This document shows, one piece after another, positions 9,917 to 19,137 of a stretch of DNA of 64,000 bases. How positions within the stretch are numbered: the first letter of the stretch is position 1; each line of letters opens with the position of its first letter. The DNA lies in contig OZ220693.1 of the NCBI GenBank assembly GCA_965116415.1, positions 831,076-895,075 on the forward strand, written 5' to 3'. The position numbers and the translations under genes were made by a program. The notes under the pieces were generated by a model. It was not told where the DNA came from, searched no databases, and was given only the letters and a program-made list of their open reading frames with translations. Source of the stretch: Dehalococcoidia bacterium. Lineage in GTDB: Bacteria; Chloroflexota; Dehalococcoidia; Lucifugimonadales; UBA1123.

Positions 9917-10846
9917 TTAGTAGTTTGCCATTGCCCGCTTATGCTGTGGAGTCAGGCAGGCTGCGATGAAATCGTTCATCGGTGTCGGCACACCCAGTTC
10001 TCCGCCCAACTGGGAGACCTTGCCGTTCAGGTTGCCAAACTCCATTGGCTTCCCGGCGTTAAGGTCCGCATGCATTGAGGAGATGAGGTGCTCCTTGTCG
10101 TCGACGAAGATCTTCATGATCGAGTCAACGAGATCGTCAGAGAGATTCACGCCAGCCGCCTTTCCAACCGTGGCAGCCTCGGTGATAACTCCTAATGTCA
10201 TCTCCCGCGTCTCCGGAGAGTCCATCACCTCCAGGAAGGACGAATGCGTAATACACGTCATCCCGCTAAGGCCACAGATGTAGACCAGCTTGTTCCACAG
10301 CGCCTGTTCGATGTCGTCTGCGATCTCGGAGTCGATACCGGCGTTGGCAAAGGTCTGCTGAATCTTGGCCCCGCGCTGCGAGGGCCTTCCATCCTGCTCG
10401 GCAAAGACGATACGGCCTTCCCAGCCAACCTCCCGGAACACGCCCGGAGCGGGGTGTGCCGCCTCGACGTATGCGGCGCCCAGCATGACGCGATGCGCAC
10501 CGAAGACTGCTGACAACTCATCACCGCTGCCCACTCCGTTCTGAAGCGTGAGGATGGCCGTTTGCTCGCCGACCGCAGGGGCGATCGTGTCCATTGCGAC
10601 GCTGTTGTGATAGCTCTTAACACAGAACAGGACGAGATCAGCGATCCAGGAACCGTCTGGTCGCTCCACTGCCTTGGCTTCGACCGTGAAATTGCCGGAC
10701 GTTTCACTCTCTACTATCAGCCCACTGGTGTTTATGGCAGCCAGATTGTCGCCTCTCGCGATAAACAGGACGTCGTTGCCCGCCTTTGCGAGGAGGCCTC
10801 CAAAGTAACCGCCGACGGAGCCGGCAGCCATGACGAGGACATTCAT
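9917..10846 (-). CDS. 2-dehydropantoate 2-reductase family (ketopantoate reductase-like)
   Basis: 309 aa. N-terminal MNVLVMAAGSVGGYFGGLLAKAGNDV dinucleotide fold, and length and C-terminal domain typical of ApbA/PanE. Confidence 0.8.
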   Translation of the reverse strand: MNVLVMAAGSVGGYFGGLLAKAGNDVLFIARGDNLAAINTSGLIVESETSGNFTVEAKAVERPDGSWIADLVLFCVKSYHNSVAMDTIAPAVGEQTAILTLQNGVGSGDELSAVFGAHRVMLGAAYVEAAHPAPGVFREVGWEGRIVFAEQDGRPSQRGAKIQQTFANAGIDSEIADDIEQALWNKLVYICGLSGMTCITHSSFLEVMDSPETREMTLGVITEAATVGKAAGVNLSDDLVDSIMKIFVDDKEHLISSMHADLNAGKPMEFGNLNGKVSQLGGELGVPTPMNDFIAACLTPQHKRAMANY

Positions 10847-10859
10847 ACTGAGACTACCC

Positions 10860-11168
10860 CTACTGACCTTTCAACTCTACGAGTACGTTGACGTACCTGG
10901 TGTCTGAGTTGTTGATGACTCGGTGAATCTTGTGCTCGCCGTGGAAACGCCAGGTGCCCGGCCCCGAGGGGCTGTCGTCGGACGTGCCATCGTCGTACTC
11001 TACGGTGAGCCCTACGCCCTCGACCACGATTGTGACGTAGTCTCGCTCGTGCATGTGCCAGTCGCTCGACTCGCCCGGATTGACGATCAGGTTCCAGATC
11101 TTGACTTTGTCGTTTTCGAATAAGACATCGGTTGCGATGTCGCCGAGTGGTGCATCCCCTCTAGGCAT
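10860..11168 (-). CDS. small cupin-domain protein (paralog 1 of a tandem pair)
   Basis: 102 aa. Contains NPGESSDWHMHERDYV ... EYDDGTS ... HRVIN. Clearly homologous to the next ORF. Confidence 0.65.
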   Translation of the reverse strand: MPRGDAPLGDIATDVLFENDKVKIWNLIVNPGESSDWHMHERDYVTIVVEGVGLTVEYDDGTSDDSPSGPGTWRFHGEHKIHRVINNSDTRYVNVLVELKGQ

Positions 11169-11201
11169 GGTGACCTCCTCCAGTCTCCTCGTTGAATAGC
11201 G

Positions 11202-11504
11202 CTACTTTATCTCAATGATCGAATTGCTGTAGAGGGCATCACCGACGTTTGTGACCCTGTGAATCGAGCCGCACTGGCCCTGCACGATTTCGCCAAGGGC
11301 ATAGTCGCGTTCTGCTGATGTTCCATCGTCGTATTCAGCCAATAGCCTACCGGGTCGTGTCACGATGAACACGTACGGGCTGGTGTGCTGGTGCCAGTCG
11401 CTGGACTGACCTGGCTCGAGCACAAGGTCCCAGGTCCTTACGTAGTCGTCCTCCCACTTCCTCTCGGTGCCGACGTCTCCAAGCTCCCTCTCGCTCATGT
11501 TCAC
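11202..11504 (-). CDS. small cupin-domain protein (paralog 2 of a tandem pair)
   Basis: 100 aa. Contains EPGQSSDWHQHTSPYV ... EYDDGTS ... HRVTN. Aligns along its length with 10860..11168. Confidence 0.65.
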   Translation of the reverse strand: MNMSERELGDVGTERKWEDDYVRTWDLVLEPGQSSDWHQHTSPYVFIVTRPGRLLAEYDDGTSAERDYALGEIVQGQCGSIHRVTNVGDALYSNSIIEIK

Positions 11505-11516
11505 CTCTCTTATCTC

Positions 11517-12224
11517 TCAGAATCCCAGTTGCCTGGACTTCATGCTTACAACGTCCGGATGGCCGACCACTATGTGGTCGAGCAGGTCGATGTCCATGAT
11601 CTCGGCGCTCTGGTTCAATCGCCGCGTTACCAGTATATCCTCTGGACTTGGTGTCGGGTCGCCAGAGGGATGATTGTGCACTACGATAATGGCGGGGCAG
11701 TTTCGTCGAATGGCCGGCCTGAGTATCTCGGAGACTCTTATCGAGGCTGAGTTGACCGTGCCCTGGTAAACAGTGTCCACGCCAACGACCTGGTGCTTGT
11801 TGTTAAGCAGGAACACCCTCAACTGCTCCTGGTCCAGAGCGGCCATCTCCGCGCCGACCAGGTTCTTGATGTCGTCGGCACACGTGACTACCGGTCTGGC
11901 TTCCGGGACCATGCTGGCAGTACGGCGGCCCAGCTCGATTGCTGCTATAACCTGGCTGGCCTTTGCGGGGCCAATACCGTGGAACTGACAGATTTCTTCA
12001 AGGCTGGTCCTCGAGAGTCCCTGAAGTCCGTCCAACTCGGATAGTAAGCGGCTCGAGAGCGCGAGGACGTTTTCGCCTCTTGTACCATCCCTGAGGAGGA
12101 TAGCGACGAGCTCACCATTGGATAGGCTACCAGGTCCGTTGTCCCTAAGCCGTTCACGGGGCTTCTCTCCTACAGGCATGTCGTGGACCGTGGGCGTGTA
12201 ACTTGGCTTGCTCTGCTCGCTCAT
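11517..12224 (-). CDS. radC: RadC-family JAB/MPN-domain protein
   Basis: 235 aa. HhH-like N-terminus (GIGPAKASQVIAAIELG) and the JAMM motif VVHNHPSGDPTPSPEDI. Confidence 0.88.
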   Translation of the reverse strand: MSEQSKPSYTPTVHDMPVGEKPRERLRDNGPGSLSNGELVAILLRDGTRGENVLALSSRLLSELDGLQGLSRTSLEEICQFHGIGPAKASQVIAAIELGRRTASMVPEARPVVTCADDIKNLVGAEMAALDQEQLRVFLLNNKHQVVGVDTVYQGTVNSASIRVSEILRPAIRRNCPAIIVVHNHPSGDPTPSPEDILVTRRLNQSAEIMDIDLLDHIVVGHPDVVSMKSRQLGF

Positions 12225-12373
12225 GCTTCTCTTTTGGTCCTGTTGGGGCCAGACTGTACAACGTAATTCGTAGCTCTCAGGCCCGATCAGGCCAATCGAC
12301 CTGAACTTAGCACACGTGTTCCAAACCCGTCAACCCTTTAGTAGAACGAAATCCTTCACTATTCGAAAGGCGG

Positions 12374-12433
12374 TTGACAGAGAAAAGTGGCACAATACAA
12401 TTGACGCGGTACAACCGCTTTCAATCAATTGTA
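12374..12433 (+). promoter_or_regulatory. candidate sigma70 promoter plus palindromic operator upstream of the M20/MBL/LarA-like operon
   Basis: TTGACA (12374-12379), a 16-nt spacer, then TACAAT (12396-12401). TACAATTGA (12396-12404) and TCAATTGTA (12425-12433) form a perfect 9-bp inverted repeat with an inner GCGGT/ACCGC pair. Confidence 0.4.
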
Positions 12434-12443
12434 AGGATACGCA

Positions 12444-13526
12444 ATGATCAGACGTGACAGGTTAGTGGACACTTTTTGCGAGCTCGCAAGCATCGATAGT
12501 CCGTCGGGTGAGGAAGAGGCTGTCGCTCAGCATCTCGTCGCCAAGCTCGAAGGATTCGGATTCAGTGTCGTGCGGGACGACTACGGGAATGTGGTCGCCA
12601 ATGATGGGCGCGAAGACCCGATCATCCTCTCCGCCCACATGGACACGGTCGAGCCCGGACGCGGAATCCAGCCTCTCGTTGACGGTGATCGAATCCACAC
12701 CGACGGGTCGACTATCCTGGGAGGCGACTGCAAGGCCGGAGTCGCTGCGATAATTGAGGCGCTGGAGTCAATCATCGAAGACGGCGTTGAATACAACGCA
12801 GTAGAGGTGGCATTTACGCGCGAAGAGGAGATAGGCCTGGTCGGCGCCCGCAACATGGACTTCTCCCTGCTCACCGGCAAGGAAGCAATCGTCTTCGATG
12901 GAGAGGGACCGCCGAGCCAGATCACGTCCTCCAGCCCCGAGTACATTGGAATGGACATCGAGATAACGGGACGAGCTGCCCACGCTGGCGTGGAGCCGGA
13001 GAAGGGCCTGTCTGCCATTCGCATCGCAGCTGAGTTAATCACGCGACTGCCACAGGGCCGGATCGACGATGAGACGACTTTCAACGTCGGGACGATCGAA
13101 GGAGGGACCGTACGAAACGCGGTGCCCGAGTCTACGACAGTTCACGGCGAGTTCCGAAGCCGGAACATCGAGTCGCTGGACAGCATACGCATCCAGGTTG
13201 ATGAGGCCGTCAACGAAGTGAGGGGGGTGTTCCCGGAGGCCGAGATCGAGTGTCACCTCCACACCGAATTCGTGGCCTACACGCTCGAGGAAGACGACCC
13301 AGCGCTGGACCGGGTAAAGGGAGCGCTCGAATCACTCGGCCTTACTCCGACGCTACGACCTTCAGGCGGCGGTACGGACGGGAACGTTTTCAGACTGAAC
13401 GAGATAAGCGCGGTGGTGGTCGGCATGGCCGATCATGGGATGCACACTGTCCGGGAGTACGTCACAATTCCAGACCTCGTCGATGCCGCCCACTTGTGTG
13501 AGACCCTGCTCCGGAAGGACCGGTAA
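12444..13526 (+). CDS. M20-family metallopeptidase (peptidase T / tripeptidase-like)
   Basis: 360 aa. Contains SPSGEE ... LSAHMDTV ... EEIGLVGA ... metal-ligand motifs of M20/M25/M40. Confidence 0.8.
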   Translation: MIRRDRLVDTFCELASIDSPSGEEEAVAQHLVAKLEGFGFSVVRDDYGNVVANDGREDPIILSAHMDTVEPGRGIQPLVDGDRIHTDGSTILGGDCKAGVAAIIEALESIIEDGVEYNAVEVAFTREEEIGLVGARNMDFSLLTGKEAIVFDGEGPPSQITSSSPEYIGMDIEITGRAAHAGVEPEKGLSAIRIAAELITRLPQGRIDDETTFNVGTIEGGTVRNAVPESTTVHGEFRSRNIESLDSIRIQVDEAVNEVRGVFPEAEIECHLHTEFVAYTLEEDDPALDRVKGALESLGLTPTLRPSGGGTDGNVFRLNEISAVVVGMADHGMHTVREYVTIPDLVDAAHLCETLLRKDR

Positions 13527-13529
13527 CGG

Positions 13530-14204
13530 ATGTCGGTAACATACCTGGGACACGCCGCCTTTTTGTTCGAGGACTCTTCCGGGGAGAAGGTGCTGATCGA
13601 CCCGTTCGGTAACGACGAAGAGAACTACTGGTTCTTGAAGTCGTTCCCTCCCCTTGAGGTCGACCTGGTTGCCGTTACTCACGACCACTTCGATCACAAC
13701 GCGATCGAGGCGCTGCCCGGCGGAACGCCGGTGATGGTTAAGGCAGGCGCGCGCCGGGTAGGCAATACGATCGTTACGGGCGTGCGTGATCTGCATTCAG
13801 GAGATTCAGGGCGGGCAGGAATGGCCAATGTGATATTCCTCGTCGAGCACGAGGGCGTCAGGTACTGTCATGTTGGCGACAACAGGCACGAGATTCCAGA
13901 GGATGTGCTCTCGCAGCTTGGCAAGGTGGACGTGCTTTTGACGCCCGCCGACGATTCGTGTCACCTCCTGACATTCGATGAGGTTGACGCACTCGTCGAC
14001 ACGCTCGACCCGAAGATCGTCATTCCAATGCACTACTACATCGACGGCCTGACGACCGTTGAGTCCACACTGGAGGGCCCTGAAGGCTGGGTGAGGAAGC
14101 AATCTCCCCGACGAACGGTGAGGCAGCCCCGAATGAGGATTGACCGGCGGGGATTGCCGTACGAGCGCGAGGTCTGGACGGTCTGGGCTGAGCTGGCCCG
14201 ATGA
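13530..14204 (+). CDS. MBL-fold metallo-hydrolase
   Basis: 224 aa. Contains the VTHDHFDHN motif (HxHxDH). The start is 4 nt after the M20 stop and the stop overlaps the next start. Confidence 0.75.
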   Translation: MSVTYLGHAAFLFEDSSGEKVLIDPFGNDEENYWFLKSFPPLEVDLVAVTHDHFDHNAIEALPGGTPVMVKAGARRVGNTIVTGVRDLHSGDSGRAGMANVIFLVEHEGVRYCHVGDNRHEIPEDVLSQLGKVDVLLTPADDSCHLLTFDEVDALVDTLDPKIVIPMHYYIDGLTTVESTLEGPEGWVRKQSPRRTVRQPRMRIDRRGLPYEREVWTVWAELAR

Positions 14205-15469
14205 AAGTAAGGCTGGCTTACGGGAGGTCCGGTCTTGTCATAGAAGTGCCCGATCATCGTACGACAGTCGTGCAGCCCCAGTATCTCCCAGGACTTCCTG
14301 ACCAGTACGGGGCTATACGGACATCTTTGAGGGACCCTGTTGGAGGCGTGTCGCCACTTCGACGGATAGCCGAGCCTTCCGACATCGTGGCAATTTCAGT
14401 ATGTGACATTACGCGTCCCATGCCAACCAGCACCGTGCTGCCCGTGGTTCTGGATGAGCTGAGGCACGTTCCCGACGAGAACATTGTCATTCTCATCGCG
14501 ACGGGGACGCACAGGCCGAACTCCGTCGACGAACTTCGGGACATGCTCGGGTCTCAGATCGTGGAACGATACACGGTCGTTAACCATGACGCGTTCGACT
14601 CGTCTGGTGTCGTGCATTTGGGAGAGACGTCCAGCGGCATACCCATTCTGCTCAACCGGCTGTGGACGGAGGCCGACGTCAGGGTCACACTGGGTTTTGT
14701 GGAACCACACTTCTTTGCGGGATTCTCGGGCGGTCCGAAGATGGTCGCGCCGGGACTTGCCGCATTTGAAACGACGATGATGCTGCACAACGCGGAGATG
14801 ATCGGACATCCGAATGCCACCTGGGGCGTAACGGTCGGCAACCCCATTCATGATGCCATAAGGGAGATCGCTGAACGGACGGGGGTGGACTTCTCTGTGG
14901 AAGTAACCCTCAACCGGGACCACCAGATCACCAGCGTCTATGCAGGTGATCCCCCAACGGCGCACCGCGCGGCCAGCAGGTTCGGGAAGTCGGTGGCCAT
15001 GCAGCAGGTCGACGAGCCATTCGACGTGGTCGTGACGACCAATAGCGGTTACCCGCTCGACATGAACCTGTACCAGTCTGTGAAGGGAATGTCAGCAGCG
15101 GCCCAGGTCGTAAAGCCAGGAGGGACGATCATCTGCGCAGCCGAGTGCTCGGATGGAGTGCCGGACCACGGTGAGTACAGCAGGCTGCTGAGGTCGAGGA
15201 GCAGTCCTGCCGACCTTCTGGAGATGATCTGCGCAAAGGGCCACAACATCCACGACCAGTGGCAGGTGCAGATTCAGGCCCAGATCCAGATGAAGGCGAG
15301 TGTGTTGATCAAGACCGACTACCTCGGCGATGAGGAGATACGACAGACACACCTGGAGCCGGTCGATGACGTCGAGAGGGCCATGCGTGAGAGGCTGGAT
15401 GCAGCAGGGCCTGACTCACGGCTATGCGTGATCCCTGAGGGGCCGCAGACTATTCCGTACCTCGCGTAG
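14201..15469 (+). CDS. LarA-family (nickel-pincer-cofactor-dependent 2-hydroxyacid racemase/epimerase-like) protein
   Basis: 422 aa. DUF2088-type N-domain with VEPHFFAGFSGGPKMVAPG (Lys in the position of the NPN-tethering Lys) followed by His-containing MLHNAEMIGHPN. Length is typical of LarA. Confidence 0.75.
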   Translation: MKVRLAYGRSGLVIEVPDHRTTVVQPQYLPGLPDQYGAIRTSLRDPVGGVSPLRRIAEPSDIVAISVCDITRPMPTSTVLPVVLDELRHVPDENIVILIATGTHRPNSVDELRDMLGSQIVERYTVVNHDAFDSSGVVHLGETSSGIPILLNRLWTEADVRVTLGFVEPHFFAGFSGGPKMVAPGLAAFETTMMLHNAEMIGHPNATWGVTVGNPIHDAIREIAERTGVDFSVEVTLNRDHQITSVYAGDPPTAHRAASRFGKSVAMQQVDEPFDVVVTTNSGYPLDMNLYQSVKGMSAAAQVVKPGGTIICAAECSDGVPDHGEYSRLLRSRSSPADLLEMICAKGHNIHDQWQVQIQAQIQMKASVLIKTDYLGDEEIRQTHLEPVDDVERAMRERLDAAGPDSRLCVIPEGPQTIPYLA

Positions 15470-15496
15470 ATGAGGCTAACTCGGCAGGAATCTCGC

Positions 15497-15540
15497 TTAA
15501 AGCAAAGAGGCCCGCGCTGTACTGGCGCGGGCCTCTTATT
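15497..15540. terminator. bidirectional intrinsic terminator between convergent larA-like and rplL
   Basis: Perfect 12-bp stem AGAGGCCCGCGC / GCGCGGGCCTCT (15506-15536) with a 7-nt loop. There is a U-rich tail on the minus-strand side (UUGCUUUAA). Confidence 0.7.
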
Positions 15541-15561
15541 CGCAATCTGGTTTGGTCGAGC

Positions 15562-15951
15562 TTAGCCGACTTCTACCACTGCTCCAACTTCTTCGAGCTT
15601 CTCTTTGAGGGTATCGGCTTCATCTCGCGGGACGGCTTCCTTGACCGCGGTGGGCGCGCTCTCGACCAGGTCCTTGGCTTCCTTGAGTCCGAGAGTGGTG
15701 ACCTCGCGGACGGCCTTGATGACCTGGATCTTGTTGGGGCCGATCTCCTTGAGCGTTACGTTGAACTCGGTCTGCTCTTCTACGTCGGCGGCCGCCTCGG
15801 CAGTACCGGCAACGCCGGCGACGGTTGCCATCTGTACCGGAGCCGCGGCGCTGACGCCGAACTCTTCTTCGAGAGCCTTGACCAGGTCCGCCAGTTCGAG
15901 CACGGACAGTCCCTTAATTTCGTCTATCAGTTCATCCTTTGTAAGCGCCAT
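15562..15951 (-). CDS. rplL: 50S ribosomal protein L7/L12
   Basis: 129 aa. Contains [33 protein letters not shown] ... [22 protein letters not shown]. Confidence 0.97.
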   Translation of the reverse strand: MALTKDELIDEIKGLSVLELADLVKALEEEFGVSAAAPVQMATVAGVAGTAEAAADVEEQTEFNVTLKEIGPNKIQVIKAVREVTTLGLKEAKDLVESAPTAVKEAVPRDEADTLKEKLEEVGAVVEVG

Positions 15952-16002
15952 TGCCTTTTACCTCCCTGTGCTGCCGTTGACTGTTGGGTAAGCCGGTTGA
16001 TT

Positions 16003-16533
16003 CTATGCTTCTTGTCCCTGGACATTGTCGATGTGGCTCTGCAGGACTCTGGCAAGACCTGCGAGTGGGCCGTTCAGTACATTGACCAGGCCACTAATGG
16101 GGCCGTTCATCCTCATGAGAAGTGTTGCGACTAGCTCGTCCCGTGCAGGCATGTCGGCGAGTCTCTGGACATCCTCGCTGGAAAGAGCCTGACCGTCAAG
16201 TTCGCCTCCCTGAATCGTGAGGGCAGACCTGTTCGTTCTGATGTAGCTGCTCAGAGCCTTTGCGGGGACTGTCGGCTCTCCGTACCCGAAAGCGACTCCG
16301 GTTGGACCGTTTATCGCGTCCTTGATCGCAGGCCTGCCGGCCTGGTCTGCCGCGAGGTATGCGAGAGTGTTCTTGACAATGCGATATTCGATCCCGGCCT
16401 CTCGGAGGGCACGCCTCAACTCGGTCATCTGCCCCACGGGGAGACCGGCGTAATTTGTCGTGATGACGATCGCGCTATTCTCGAACTTCTCGGCAAGAGT
16501 GTTTACTGCATCGACTTTTGCTTGTGTCGGCAC
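16003..16533 (-). CDS. rplJ: 50S ribosomal protein L10
   Basis: 176 aa, located upstream of rplL. Contains LREAGIEYRIVKNTL, typical of L10. The 218-nt untranslated gap upstream (16534-16751) could hold an L10-leader-type element; I did not verify this. Confidence 0.93.
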   Translation of the reverse strand: MPTQAKVDAVNTLAEKFENSAIVITTNYAGLPVGQMTELRRALREAGIEYRIVKNTLAYLAADQAGRPAIKDAINGPTGVAFGYGEPTVPAKALSSYIRTNRSALTIQGGELDGQALSSEDVQRLADMPARDELVATLLMRMNGPISGLVNVLNGPLAGLARVLQSHIDNVQGQEA

Positions 16534-16751
16534 TTCAGCTATCTCTCCCTATCCAAATGCAAATGCCCTGAGCCAGAGGCACAGGGCACGTCAATCGTTT
16601 TCTTGATTGCTGTTTTGTGCGGCCTCGGCGGGCTGGTTTCTTAGTCCCCTTGGGAACCCGCTGTCTCTGGCAATGCTTTTTCTGTTCGCGCCATTCCAGC
16701 GGAGATCTACATCGGGACTTTAGTCTCGATCCCAGCCAGCAAGCGACGGAG

Positions 16752-17465
16752 CTATTCTATACGAAGGTCGGAAAGTCTATCAACGTCTACCGGGACGCTA
16801 GGCCCCATCGTTGCCGTCAGGTAGGCGGCCCGGAGGAACTGACCCTTGACACCGCTCGGCCGGGAGCGCATCACATTGTCAACCAGGGTAACGAGGTTGT
16901 CCATAAGTCTGTCGTCGTCGAAGCTGGCCTTGCCGATCGGTACATGGATGAGGCCGGTCCTGTCGAGGCGGAACTCCACCCTGCCCTTCTTCGCGTCCGA
17001 TATGGCCTGAGGAATGCCCTCCTGCTGGACGACCGTTCCCGTCCTGGGATTGGGCATCAGGCCCCGGCGACCGAGAATTCGGCCGAGTCGTCCCACGCGG
17101 CCCATCATATCGGGCGTTGCGATAGAAACGTCGAAGTCCAGGAACCCATTTTCGATTTCGCGGATCAGTTCGTCGCTTCCGACGTGGTCGGCTCCAGCTT
17201 CACGGGCAATGGTCTCGGCCTCGCCCTGGCAGAACACGAGCACTCGAACCGGCTTCCCAACGCCATGGGGAAGTACTGCGACTCCGCGAACCATCTGATC
17301 CGCATAGCGGGGATCAGCCCCTGTTCGGATGTGCAACTCGATTGTCTCGTCGAATTTGGCGTTCGCAGTCTTCTTGGTTAGCTCAACGGCTTCCTGTGGC
17401 GTGTACCTTGCGTCGCGGTCCAACAGTCCGACAGCGTCGTTGTATCGCTTTCCTCTAGTGGCCAT
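16752..17465 (-). CDS. rplA: 50S ribosomal protein L1
   Basis: 237 aa. Contains MATRGKRY ... KFDETIELHIRTGADPR ... GLMPNPRTGTV. Confidence 0.96.
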   Translation of the reverse strand: MATRGKRYNDAVGLLDRDARYTPQEAVELTKKTANAKFDETIELHIRTGADPRYADQMVRGVAVLPHGVGKPVRVLVFCQGEAETIAREAGADHVGSDELIREIENGFLDFDVSIATPDMMGRVGRLGRILGRRGLMPNPRTGTVVQQEGIPQAISDAKKGRVEFRLDRTGLIHVPIGKASFDDDRLMDNLVTLVDNVMRSRPSGVKGQFLRAAYLTATMGPSVPVDVDRLSDLRIE

Positions 17466-17514
17466 GTGCTGTAAGTCCTCTCAGTTGGTCAAGATGTGTA
17501 TCTGAGCGAGCCGG

Positions 17515-17940
17515 TCAGCGAACCCTGAGTCCCATACTGCGGGCTGTACCTTCGATAATGCGCATTGCGCCCTCGACATCGGCTGCATTGAGGTCGCCTA
17601 CCTTGATCTCAGCGATCTCCCTGATCTGGTCACGCGTTACGGTGACTGACAGGGGCTCGGCTTTCGGGTTGCCGCTCCCCTTCTCAACCCCTGCGGCCTT
17701 GCGCAGCAGTTCCGCTGCCGGCGGACTCTTGGTTATGAAGGTAAACGAACGGTCTTCGAATACCGTCAACTCCACGGGAACAATTGTCCCAGCGTTCTGC
17801 GCTGTCCGCTCGTTGTATTCCTTGACGAACGCCATGATGTTGACGCCGTGCTGTCCGAGCGCGGGACCTACTGGAGGGGCGGGGCTCGCCCTGCCGCCTT
17901 CGATCTGGAGCTTAATGAGTGCGCGTACTTTCTTCGCCAA
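17515..17940 (-). CDS. rplK: 50S ribosomal protein L11
   Basis: 141 aa. Contains [43 protein letters not shown]. Confidence 0.97.
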   Translation of the reverse strand: MAKKVRALIKLQIEGGRASPAPPVGPALGQHGVNIMAFVKEYNERTAQNAGTIVPVELTVFEDRSFTFITKSPPAAELLRKAAGVEKGSGNPKAEPLSVTVTRDQIREIAEIKVGDLNAADVEGAMRIIEGTARSMGLRVR

Positions 17941-17987
17941 TTTTCTTATCCTGGGGAGTGTATTGCTAGTTAGACGGGACTGTTGTG

Positions 17988-18557
17988 CTAGGCGCGTTCT
18001 ACCTGGAGGAAATCAAGTTCGACAGGAGTCTCTCGTCCGAAGAACGAAACGAGGACCTTGACCTTGGCCCGCTCCTGGGAGACCTCGTCGACAGTGCCCA
18101 TGAAGTCGACAAAGGGGCCGTCGGTAATTCGGACGCTCTGCCCTTTTTCCAAGCCGATCCTGGGACGGGGAGTGTCGGTCTCGATCTGCCTGAGAATGGT
18201 CTCGACCTCACGCTCCTCTAGCGGGACGGGCTTGGGCCGGTTTTCACTCTCATCTTCCGCGGAAACGAATCCGGTGACTCCCGGAGTATTACGAACTACG
18301 AACCAGCTCTGGTCGTCCATTCTCATCTGGACGAGAATGTAGCCTGGGAAGATCGTGCGAGGGACTGCCTTGCGCTGGCCACCCTTGATCTCCATCTCAT
18401 CCTCGGTCGGGACCACGACCTGCAGAATCTTGTCCTGCATATCCATCGTCTTGATGCGCTGTTCCAGATTGTCCTTGACACGCTTTTCCTGTCCTGAATA
18501 GGCATGGATTATGTACCAGCGGACCTCGGGATCGGAGTGTGTAATCTGAGTCGTCAT
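17988..18557 (-). CDS. nusG: transcription termination/antitermination factor NusG
   Basis: 189 aa. Contains [19 protein letters not shown] ... and a C-terminal KOW region ([21 protein letters not shown]). Confidence 0.95.
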   Translation of the reverse strand: MTTQITHSDPEVRWYIIHAYSGQEKRVKDNLEQRIKTMDMQDKILQVVVPTEDEMEIKGGQRKAVPRTIFPGYILVQMRMDDQSWFVVRNTPGVTGFVSAEDESENRPKPVPLEEREVETILRQIETDTPRPRIGLEKGQSVRITDGPFVDFMGTVDEVSQERAKVKVLVSFFGRETPVELDFLQVERA

Positions 18558-18561
18558 TGGC

Positions 18562-18798
18562 TCAATTCCCCAGCAGTATCCCCATTATTCGAGCAAAACC
18601 CAGATCCACCAGTCCGAGGAATGCACCAATGGCGGCAGCAACCGCGATTACCATAATGCTGAGCCGGAGCGTCTCTTCTTTCGTGGGCCATGTGACCCGG
18701 CGGAGTTCGCCCACTACTTCGCCAATCATGCGAACGCTGAAGGCGCGACGTGCGACCTCGCCTCCGACTCTGCGTGTTACACCCGGGTCTCGAGCCAC
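18562..18798 (-). CDS. secE: preprotein translocase subunit SecE
   Basis: The conserved ELRRVTWPTKEE motif is followed by a single TM helix. The ORF-track start (18837) overlaps rpmG. I prefer the in-frame GTG at 18798 (right after the rpmG stop) or the ATG at 18729. Confidence 0.85.
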   Translation of the reverse strand: MARDPGVTRRVGGEVARRAFSVRMIGEVVGELRRVTWPTKEETLRLSIMVIAVAAAIGAFLGLVDLGFARIMGILLGN

Positions 18799-18800
18799 GG

Positions 18801-18968
18801 CTACCTCACCTCTCGGTGCAGTACATGCTCCCGGCACCGCGGGCAGAACTTCATCAGCTCCAGGCGCTGCGGATCGTTCCGACGGTTCTTGCTGGAGTTG
18901 TAAGTTCGCTCTCTACAGGTTGTGCAGCCGAGCGTTACGAGAATTCTAGCTTCTCCCCGACGGGCCAT
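18801..18968 (-). CDS. rpmG: 50S ribosomal protein L33
   Basis: Not in the ORF track because it is under 60 aa. My translation is [55 protein letters not shown], which has the L33 CxxC...CxxC pattern and the usual position upstream of secE. Confidence 0.9.
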   Translation of the reverse strand: MARRGEARILVTLGCTTCRERTYNSSKNRRNDPQRLELMKFCPRCREHVLHREVR

Positions 18969-19137
18969 CTTCTATCTGCTCCTGCTCCCGCCAGCTAAAG
19001 AGAACGACCGATGCCCAAGCTGAGGCCATCGGTTCCATAAAGGTCCCTTCAGATGGAGGGGTTTCCTACCCCGTCGCCCTCTCCTGATCGGTGTGACCAG
19101 TGAGAGGGCGCGGATTCAATCGATGTGACTCTTTGGA

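Noticed and set aside
16617-17381. 254-aa ORF on the plus strand
   Set aside because: It is antisense to rplA and spans the rplJ leader. It has no coding features.
18799-18837. N-terminal extension of the secE ORF
   Set aside because: It overlaps the 3' end of rpmG (L33), which I could translate completely. An in-frame GTG follows the rpmG stop directly.
19085-19118. Hairpin GCCCTCTC...GAGAGGGC downstream of tuf as a terminator
   Set aside because: It has an 18-nt loop and no U-tract on the transcribed strand, which is not convincing enough to list as a feature.
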